A program made the translations under genes and the position numbers. From NCBI GenBank assembly GCA_000175855.1, contig ACYB01000038.1, positions 1 to 32,000 on the forward strand: DNA of 32,000 nucleotides. Reading direction: 5' to 3'. The notes under the pieces are model-generated. The model did not search any database and was not told the DNA's origin. It worked only from the letters and a program-made list of their open reading frames with translations. Positions 14,954 to 22,719 of the stretch are shown piece after piece. Source of the DNA: Raphidiopsis brookii D9. GTDB lineage: Bacteria; Cyanobacteriota; Cyanobacteriia; Cyanobacteriales; Nostocaceae. The stretch's first letter is position 1; each line of letters starts with the position of its first letter.

Positions 14954-15955
14954 ATGTACAATTATGAACTGTCCACTGAAAAAAGTATAGGGGTAGGTCT
15001 GATTGGCACTGGATATGCAGCCAAGCACAGAGCTCAAGCATTCAAACAGGATGAGCGTACGAATTTGATAGCTATTGCGGGACACTCTCCTGAACCCATA
15101 GCTGCTTTGGCAAAAAGCTACGAAACCCAAGTAAGCAATTCCTGGGAGGAATTGGTAGAAAGAGAAGATGTGGATTTAATAGTTATTTCTACAATCAACT
15201 CAGATCATGGTAAAATGGCCCGTGCGGCACTGAATAATAACAAACATTTGGTTGTTGAGTATCCTTTGTCGTTAAATCTTAAAGAGGCGGAGGAATTAAT
15301 TGCTTTAGCAAAGGATAAAAAAAGACTGCTCCATGTAGAGCACATTGAACTTCTGGGTGGTTGGCATCAGGTACTCAAGGAAAACTTACCCATGCTGGGA
15401 CAGTTGTTTTATGTTCGTTACAGCACTATGAAAGCGGAATATCCAGCTCGGAGAAAATGGACTTATAATCATCAATTGTTTGGATTTCCTCTCATGGGCG
15501 CATTATCGCGATTACATCGTCTCATTGATGTATTTGGTCGGGTAGTAACAGTGAATTGTCATCAGCGATATTGGGAAACAGAGGAGGAATATTATCAAGG
15601 TTGTCTTTGTACAACCCAATTATGTTTTGCTGATGGTTTGTTAGCCCAGGTTATTTATGGCAAAGGTGAAACTATATGGCAATCGGAACGTAAATTAGAA
15701 GTCAGTGCTGAAAACGGGGGTTTAATTCTGGATGGCGATAAGGGAATTTTTATAGGATCGGAAGACACAAGGTCAATAGAAATTGCTAATCGTCAGGGAT
15801 TATTTGCTAGAGATACTAAAATAGTTTTAGATCATATTTTTCATGGTTCCCCTTTATATGTAACTGCAGAACAAAGTTTATATACTTTAAAGATTGCAGA
15901 TGCAGCTTGTAGAGCAGCTGAGACCGGATTAACAATATTTTTGGGTCAAGATTAG
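14954..15955 (+). CDS. bvdR: Biliverdin reductase family oxidoreductase (Gfo/Idh/MocA fold)
   Basis: 333 aa with Rossmann N-terminus [51 protein letters not shown] closely parallels human BLVRA [57 protein letters not shown] parallels [20 protein letters not shown]. Confidence 0.7.
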   Translation: [333 protein letters not shown]

Positions 15956-15968
15956 TCAAGATTATTAG

Positions 15969-16730
15969 ATGAACACCAAACAAATTATTCTTTTGTCTGC
16001 GCGAGAAATAGAAAAAATGCGCCGTGCTGGAAGTTTAGCAGCTCAGCTATTACAACACCTGGAACCATTGGTTAAACCCGGTGTAACCACTCAAGAACTG
16101 AATGATGAAGCGGAAGCATGGACACAAGCTCATGGGGCCAAGAGCGCACCCTTGGGTTATATGGGCTTTCCTAAATCAATTTGTACTAGTTTAAATGAAG
16201 TAATTTGTCATGGAATTCCCACTTCACAACGGGTTCTCAAGAAAGGTGATATTATTAATATCGATGTAACACCTGTATTAGATGGTTATCATGGGGATAC
16301 ATCTAAAACCTTTATTGTAGGTGAAGCTAGGCCCATAGCCAAAAAATTGGTAGAAGTGACACAGAAGTGTTTATACTTGGGTATTGCAGAAATTAGACCT
16401 GGTGGGAGAATTGGTGACATTGGTGCTGCTATTCAAGAGCATGCGGAGAGTCATGGGTTTTCGGTGGTGCGGGATTTTGTGGGTCATGGAATTAATAAGA
16501 TTTTTCATACTGCACCAGATATTCCTCATTTTGGGACTAGGGGGACTGGTAGATTATTAAGACCGGGTATGGTCTTTACCATTGAACCAATGATTAATGA
16601 GGGTTCCTATGAGTTTGAGATGTCAGCTGATGGGTGGACTGCTATTACAAAGGATAGGAAACTTTCTGCTCAGTTTGAGCACACTATAGCGGTAACGGAA
16701 AATGGGGTGGAGATTCTTACCTTACCATAG
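15969..16730 (+). CDS. map: Type I methionine aminopeptidase
   Basis: 253 aa with EVICHGIP, the metal ligands in DIINIDVT...DGYHGDTS, FVGHGIG-like FVGHGINKIFH, FTIEPMIN and QFEHTIAVT. Confidence 0.93.
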   Translation: MNTKQIILLSAREIEKMRRAGSLAAQLLQHLEPLVKPGVTTQELNDEAEAWTQAHGAKSAPLGYMGFPKSICTSLNEVICHGIPTSQRVLKKGDIINIDVTPVLDGYHGDTSKTFIVGEARPIAKKLVEVTQKCLYLGIAEIRPGGRIGDIGAAIQEHAESHGFSVVRDFVGHGINKIFHTAPDIPHFGTRGTGRLLRPGMVFTIEPMINEGSYEFEMSADGWTAITKDRKLSAQFEHTIAVTENGVEILTLP

Positions 16731-16805
16731 GAATTAGTTGGTTATTAAAAGGACAGAATTGAATCAAATCAGTAATTTTATTACACCTAATTTAGCATAA
16801 CAAAA

Positions 16806-18230
16806 ATGTTAAACCTAATTAATCGCTTAAAAAACAACAAACCTCTGTTATTTGCAATATACGGTACTAGTGGCTGTTTAACAGCAGCAATTTTACTTGG
16901 GGAACCATTTTTAGCTCTAACCAAACTTGGGAAAAGTTCTACAATCAAACCCCAAGCAATAGTTTTATTAATCGACACATCTTCAAGTATGAGTGATGGT
17001 AAACTAGCAGAAGTAAAAACCGCAGCCAGTCAGTTTATACAACGTCGTAACTTGGAATCAGATCAAATAGCAGTAGTCAATTTTGGAGCAACTGTGCAAA
17101 CCCCTGCTCCATTAACTAACGACATTAATACCCTAAATAATGCCATTGATCAACTATTAGAAATTGGCTCAACACCTATGGGAGAAGGTATTAACACCGC
17201 CCAAGATCAATTGCAAGCAACAACATTAAATAAAAATATCATTTTATTTACCGATGGACTGCCAGATGATCCTAATTTTGCCTACAACTCAGCCCTGTCT
17301 GTGAGAAATGCAGGAATTAAACTAATTGCTGTAGCTACCGGAGGTGCAGACACTAACTATTTAACCCAGATCACAGGCGATCGCTCCCTAGTGTTTTATG
17401 CTAATTCTGGTCAATTTGACCAAGCATTTAGCCAAGCAGAAGCGGTAATTTATAAACAGTTGATTGAATCCAACACTGGTGAAAACTATGGTTTTGGCTA
17501 TTCCATATTCCGCATTGGTGGTTGGACAGCATTTTTGGCTTTGGGAATATCCCTGGCATTAATTATGGGACAAAATCGCTATATGCGACTACCTTTATTA
17601 ACTTTAAAAAAGGGCATTGTTACTACTATCGGTAGTCTCACAGCGGGAACTGTAGCAGGTGCATCTGGACAATTACTAATTTTAGCTTTATCACCTCTTT
17701 CTAGTACGGTATTTTTAGGAGTACTTGGTTTGGAGGTAATTGCTAAAATTGGCGGTTGGGTAATTTTAGGAGCTGTAGTGGGAGCTGGAACCAAATTTTT
17801 TTTGTCCCCAATTTTAACCTTGAAAAATTCTCTACTGGGAGGAACTGTTGGTGGTGGAATTGGCGCTAGTGGATTTTTGGTGACATCAAGTCTCCTTGGT
17901 GATATTGTAGGACGTCTATCTGGTGTATCTATACTAGGATTCTTTATCGGTTTAATGATTGCTTTAATTGAACGAAAGCAGTTAAACTCAGAACCTTATC
18001 TGTTAGTACATTGGACCCCCACGGAGCAGACCAACTATTTACTGGGTAAAAAGCCGATTTCTATGGGCACTGCACTAAATGTGGAAATTCCTCTAAATGC
18101 TGTGGATGGATTTACACCCCTGACTGCTAGAATATTTAAGGAAGGTGGTGACATTATTATGCAATTTGACCAGGAATATGCTATGATACAAAAAAATGAA
18201 AGTTACCAGTCAGACTTTAAAAGTCGGTGA
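16806..18230 (+). CDS. Membrane vWA-domain protein with a Gly-rich multi-TM block and an FHA-like C-terminal domain (3' end apparently frameshifted; intact reading would end at 18279)
   Basis: 474 aa with an N-terminal TM (PLLFAIYGTSGCLTAAILLG). The vWA domain has MIDAS residues (LLIDTSSSM, GSTPMGEG, LFTDGLPDD). About 17480-17975 encodes 5-6 Gly/Ala-rich hydrophobic helices. The tail YLLVHWTPTEQTNYLLGKKPISMGTALNVEIPLN...ARIFKEGGDIIMQF has an FHA-like layout. Removing one A from the A7 run 18190-18196 continues the protein as ...IQKMKVTSQTLKVGDVRKLGKITIEVKDKT. Confidence 0.75.
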   Translation: MLNLINRLKNNKPLLFAIYGTSGCLTAAILLGEPFLALTKLGKSSTIKPQAIVLLIDTSSSMSDGKLAEVKTAASQFIQRRNLESDQIAVVNFGATVQTPAPLTNDINTLNNAIDQLLEIGSTPMGEGINTAQDQLQATTLNKNIILFTDGLPDDPNFAYNSALSVRNAGIKLIAVATGGADTNYLTQITGDRSLVFYANSGQFDQAFSQAEAVIYKQLIESNTGENYGFGYSIFRIGGWTAFLALGISLALIMGQNRYMRLPLLTLKKGIVTTIGSLTAGTVAGASGQLLILALSPLSSTVFLGVLGLEVIAKIGGWVILGAVVGAGTKFFLSPILTLKNSLLGGTVGGGIGASGFLVTSSLLGDIVGRLSGVSILGFFIGLMIALIERKQLNSEPYLLVHWTPTEQTNYLLGKKPISMGTALNVEIPLNAVDGFTPLTARIFKEGGDIIMQFDQEYAMIQKNESYQSDFKSR

Positions 18231-18334
18231 TGTCCGTAAATTGGGAAAGATTACTATAGAAGTTAAGGATAAAACCTAATTGCGCTGTCTAAAATCTCTT
18301 TCCCTAGATTTTTTCAATTGGCGAATAACATTAA

Positions 18335-18718
18335 ATGGTTAAATATACCTTTTACCTCAAACCTCAAGGTTCTCCTGAACAGTATAGTTATAGTTTAGAT
18401 CTCAGTGTGACCGAGGAAGATGCACCTGAAAAGGTTTTTACCCCCACCATTAGAGAAAACATTCGCACAACCTTACAAAATCTGAGTCTATCGGCAATTA
18501 AGGATTACCAACTTAGCCAAATTATTCAAAGCTGGATTGAGGATATTAGGGAGGGTTATAGATTTAGTTCCCTCAGTCTTAATTTGGGATTATTAATTGA
18601 TGAAAACATTGACCAACTAAGGGAAAATGGCAACCAAGAAATTCCTCCCATTGTCGACCCAGATATATCCAATATAGAACCTCAAGCGGGAGTATTACCA
18701 CCTTTAAATTTTATTTAG
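18335..18718 (+). CDS. Acidic hypothetical protein (127 aa) inside the vWA/FHA/kinase cluster
   Basis: ORF on the same strand between the two vWA genes. It has no TM segment and no motif I recognise. Confidence 0.45.
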   Translation: MVKYTFYLKPQGSPEQYSYSLDLSVTEEDAPEKVFTPTIRENIRTTLQNLSLSAIKDYQLSQIIQSWIEDIREGYRFSSLSLNLGLLIDENIDQLRENGNQEIPPIVDPDISNIEPQAGVLPPLNFI

Positions 18719-18785
18719 GTTTAAGTCTGGTAATTTAAATCTGAGAACGGGTTGTTTTTGTTGAAATTGAAAAAGGAGATATGAG

Positions 18786-20180
18786 ATGAAGAATGCCATA
18801 AAAACTGCCATTGCTCCCAACCGGGAATTTATGTTAGCAGATAAAGCAGGACAAAAGTTATTTGTGATGTTGAAGTTACGTCCAACAAAGGATATAGCTA
18901 CCAATCTTCCACCAACTAGTTTTACCTTTGTCATTGACACCAGTGGTTCAATGTATGAAGTAGTCGCAGGTGATGTAGAAGATACGGGTGTTACCTATCA
19001 ACAGGATGGCAAAGAATATAAACAGGTAACAGGGGGTAAATCAAAAATAGATATAGTGATTGAATCTTTATTAAGATTAGTTAATTCAGGGAAGTTAAAA
19101 CAACAAGATCGTGTTTCTATAGTTCAATTTGATGACAGTGCTTCCCAGATAATTGGGCTGACTAGTGCAACGGAAACTAAACAAATTGAGACTGCAATTA
19201 AAAAATTGAGAGATTTCTCAGGTGGTACCCGCATGGGTTTAGGATTGCGGCGTGCTTTTGATATATTGAGTGAACAGGAAATGACCGTCAAACGTGCCCT
19301 CTTATTTACAGATGGGCAAACATTTGATGAAGATCAATGTCAATCAATTGCTAATCACTTTGCCACCCGTAATATACCAATTACTGCATTAGGAGTGGGG
19401 GAAGAGTTTAATGAGGATTTACTTACCCATCTGAGCGACTACACTGGGGGAAAATTATTCTATGTAGTACCCGGAATAGCTAAGGGTACAGAAGTGTCCA
19501 TGCTGGATTTACCTAATAAGATTATTTCTGAATATAGTGAAGCACAACAGGAGGTAATCACTAATTTGGCTTTAACTGTGAAAACTGTGAAAGGAGTAGA
19601 ACTAAGTCGTATTGTTCGTGCTTATCCTACCCAAGCAGAATTTCCTATTAATCAAGATCCCTTTCCCTTAGGAAATGCTATTGCTCATGATGAAACTATT
19701 TTCATCCTAGAATTTACAGTTAATAACCGTCCTGCTTCTCGTGTACGTATTGCTCAACTGGGATTGACCTATGACATTCCCGGAGAAAAAGGGCGTGGCG
19801 AAATACCACCAGAAAATCTCATCATTCAATTTCTTGCTGGAGAACATAATGCAGCTCAGTTTAATCAAGAGGTGATGGACTATGTGCAACAATGCAATAT
19901 TGCTAATCTGGTTGACCAATCTATCAAAATGGCAGAAAAGAATCCAGAAAAAGCAGAGAAATTATTAGAAACAGCTAAAAGAATGACGTTGAAACTTGGT
20001 AATAGCGAAATGACAGAATCTTTAAATAATGCTCAGTCCGAATTGCGAAAAACTCAAAAAATCTCATCAGGAACTCGGAAGACGGTGAAAATGGGTGCTA
20101 AAGGGAAAACGGTGAAAATGGGTAACGATATTGATGATATGCTCTCAGAAGAGGAGATGCGGAATATGGTGGGAACATGA
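18786..20180 (+). CDS. Soluble vWA-domain protein with a long C-terminal extension
   Basis: 464 aa with MIDAS motifs FVIDTSGSM, GGTRMGLGL and LFTDGQTFD. A beta-rich region of ~120 aa and a helical tail follow. The extreme C-terminus has a duplicated KTVKMG motif. Confidence 0.8.
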   Translation: MKNAIKTAIAPNREFMLADKAGQKLFVMLKLRPTKDIATNLPPTSFTFVIDTSGSMYEVVAGDVEDTGVTYQQDGKEYKQVTGGKSKIDIVIESLLRLVNSGKLKQQDRVSIVQFDDSASQIIGLTSATETKQIETAIKKLRDFSGGTRMGLGLRRAFDILSEQEMTVKRALLFTDGQTFDEDQCQSIANHFATRNIPITALGVGEEFNEDLLTHLSDYTGGKLFYVVPGIAKGTEVSMLDLPNKIISEYSEAQQEVITNLALTVKTVKGVELSRIVRAYPTQAEFPINQDPFPLGNAIAHDETIFILEFTVNNRPASRVRIAQLGLTYDIPGEKGRGEIPPENLIIQFLAGEHNAAQFNQEVMDYVQQCNIANLVDQSIKMAEKNPEKAEKLLETAKRMTLKLGNSEMTESLNNAQSELRKTQKISSGTRKTVKMGAKGKTVKMGNDIDDMLSEEEMRNMVGT

Positions 20181-20269
20181 TAGAAGATCATGCAAGATCA
20201 TAAATCTCTCGTCAAAGCAATACTCTTGAACAGTTCTACCATAATCAGTGTGAATAAGGATAAAATACC

Positions 20270-20800
20270 ATGATTACTTGTACAGCTTGCGGATATGATC
20301 AAAATTTGGATAATACTGAATTTTGCACCATTTGTGGTTCGGAACTACCTGTTGCTGTCGCTACGTCACCCACAATTATTGAACCAACAGTATTACCGAC
20401 ACCAGAAACTAACTATCCACCTGTTGACACTCACTCTGCTGACTCTTGCTCTGGGAATACGTCTACAACCGCTAAATTAGTATCTAAACAAACTAATGCT
20501 CCCCTACCGGAGTTTATTATCGAGAATAATGCCATAGTTGGTATTTTTGACCAGGACACTGGCCCAGTGGATATAGATTTAGAAACCTTTTTCGGTGGAG
20601 AAACCGTATCCCGCAACCACGCGGAAATTTATCAGGAATCAGGAATGTGGAAGGTTAAGGATTTAGGATCTACTAACGGGGTGTTTATTAAGAATCAAGG
20701 ACAAACGCGATTTAGTTCTAGAATTACTGTACCTACTCTCCTCAAATCAGATGACGAAGTTGCATTTGGTAAGGTCAGATTTGTTTTTAAAAACATTTAG
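20270..20800 (+). CDS. Zinc-ribbon + FHA domain protein
   Basis: 176 aa with N-terminal CxxC-x11-CxxC (TCTACG...FCTICG) and a Pro/Thr-rich linker. The FHA core is GGETVSRNHAEIYQESGMWKVKDLGSTNGVFIKNQ...DDEVAFGKVRFVF. Confidence 0.88.
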   Translation: MITCTACGYDQNLDNTEFCTICGSELPVAVATSPTIIEPTVLPTPETNYPPVDTHSADSCSGNTSTTAKLVSKQTNAPLPEFIIENNAIVGIFDQDTGPVDIDLETFFGGETVSRNHAEIYQESGMWKVKDLGSTNGVFIKNQGQTRFSSRITVPTLLKSDDEVAFGKVRFVFKNI

Positions 20801-20844
20801 GGAATATATGGGGAACATATAAGTAACATATAGATAACAAACAA

Positions 20845-22659
20845 ATGAGTGATGCTACCAGTCAGTTACCACTAATAATTCAAGAAAACATCTGTTTTCA
20901 CATCGAAGCTCTACCCATAGAAATAATATCCTATTTAGGAAAGTTAACCCCTGAGATTGACTACTTCCAAGTTCGGATCATGTCTGATGCAAAACTAGGT
21001 CTACTCAGAATAGGTGCAACTGACGGTGCACTCAACCGAGAACTACTTTTGAGAAACCAATTGGGAGATTACAAGTTAATCTCTCGCATTTTATTGCATA
21101 GGGTAGAAGAGAACGTTGCTGTTGATACTAACGCTAACATTAGTCCTGACGCTAACACTATAACCTCTGGTATTTTGGATGGAGTTTCTGATCCTTTATT
21201 AAGCATATTAGGCACAATAGAAAATCTTGAGGATCATAATCTTGAGAATGGAAATACTCCCCTCACGGAACCAGGTCAGGAGATAAATGAAGACAAAGAA
21301 TATCTGGAGGAAGAATATTATCCGGAAGCAGAAATTCTTGTTAATGTTTCAAATGAAAAGCTGCTAGTTCTTAGTTATCTTCCCGATGAAAATCAAAGTT
21401 TAGAACATTGGCTAAAAACAGAACATGATTTAGAACAATCATTGTTAATTACTAGCCAAATCTGTCAGGTGTTTCGCTATCTTCACCAAAGGGAATGGTG
21501 CATTCTGAATTTCGTACCCCGATTTATTCAGATGGGAACTCTAATCCAATTTTTCGACCTAACTAGTGTTTACCCCCTGGGAGAAGTTCTCAGCTGTGGA
21601 TTTATGGGCAACTATTACGCTCCCGAATTAGCATATTCTAAAGACCCAATTGAAGAAAAGATGAGTAGTTATGCAGTAGGAGCATTGCTATATCAAATAA
21701 TTCACCGTCAAAATCTACCCACGGACCCAACTAAGCAAATAGAAATTAATCCCATACCTCAGATTTATCAAATTCTCAAAATTTGCCTATCTCAGTTACC
21801 AGAAGAAAGATTTACCCTAGAACAACTATTAAAAATATTGGTCAATACTCGACAGGAAATTACTATCCCTAAAGTTAATTGGGAGACGGCAAGTTTATCT
21901 ACCCTGGGACTATCAATTAACCGGTTGCAAAATGAGGATAACTATGGAATTAAACAACATAAAAATGGCGATCGCCTGACGGTAATGTTAGCTGGAATTG
22001 CGGATGGTATGGGGGGAATGTCCCAGGGGGAATTAGCTAGTAGGTTAGCTATAGAAACTATATTGGGATCTCCCATACCGCTAGAAAATCTCACTAAGGA
22101 ACAATATCAAGAATGGCTACAATCTTTATTTGTGGAAGCCCATGATAGGGTATCTGACCAAATTAAAAATGGGGGAACAACTTTAAGCGTGATTTTCGCG
22201 CTCTCTCAAGAATTAATGATTGCTCACGTGGGTGACAGTCGTATTTATTTACTGCGTCAAGGAGAAATGAGACAACTCAGTGAAGATCACTCTCTAGTTG
22301 CTATATTATTAGCCAGCGGAAAAATTACGGAAGAGGAACTCTCAAACCACCCAGACAGAAATATTCTCACTAAATCAATCGGTTGGAAAGGTAGATTGAG
22401 TGCTGGCTATGTTCAAGATTTACAACAAACTACCTCAAAACTAACGATGAAATTGGAACACGGAGATATTCTCTTACTATGTTCTGATGGAGTTTGGGAT
22501 TTAGTTTCTAAAAACCAACTAGCTACAAATTTCACGACTGAATCTAACCTACAAACAGCTGTCAATCTTACTATTGACCAGGTTTTACAGGAGGGTGCAA
22601 CTGATAATGCTACCCTATTAGCACTCAGGTTTTCAGTTACGGATGGTTTGAAAACTTGA
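20845..22659 (+). CDS. Fusion protein: degenerate protein-kinase-like (pseudokinase) N-terminal domain + PP2C Ser/Thr phosphatase C-terminal domain
   Basis: 604 aa. The C-terminal ~260 aa carry PP2C motifs (RLQNEDNY, AGIADGMGGMSQGELAS, VGDSRIYL, LLLCSDGVWD, TDNATLLAL). The N-terminal ~340 aa keep the kinase C-lobe layout (YLHQREWCILNFVPRF, IQFFDLTS, YYAPELA, SYAVGALLYQIIH). They lack a Gly-loop, HRD, the catalytic Asn and a DFG in register. Confidence 0.8.
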   Translation: MSDATSQLPLIIQENICFHIEALPIEIISYLGKLTPEIDYFQVRIMSDAKLGLLRIGATDGALNRELLLRNQLGDYKLISRILLHRVEENVAVDTNANISPDANTITSGILDGVSDPLLSILGTIENLEDHNLENGNTPLTEPGQEINEDKEYLEEEYYPEAEILVNVSNEKLLVLSYLPDENQSLEHWLKTEHDLEQSLLITSQICQVFRYLHQREWCILNFVPRFIQMGTLIQFFDLTSVYPLGEVLSCGFMGNYYAPELAYSKDPIEEKMSSYAVGALLYQIIHRQNLPTDPTKQIEINPIPQIYQILKICLSQLPEERFTLEQLLKILVNTRQEITIPKVNWETASLSTLGLSINRLQNEDNYGIKQHKNGDRLTVMLAGIADGMGGMSQGELASRLAIETILGSPIPLENLTKEQYQEWLQSLFVEAHDRVSDQIKNGGTTLSVIFALSQELMIAHVGDSRIYLLRQGEMRQLSEDHSLVAILLASGKITEEELSNHPDRNILTKSIGWKGRLSAGYVQDLQQTTSKLTMKLEHGDILLLCSDGVWDLVSKNQLATNFTTESNLQTAVNLTIDQVLQEGATDNATLLALRFSVTDGLKT

Positions 22660-22719
22660 ATGACTATAAGACTTTTGTATTCTCATCTGTATTCTTAGTT
22701 AAGTCATCAACTCAAATAT

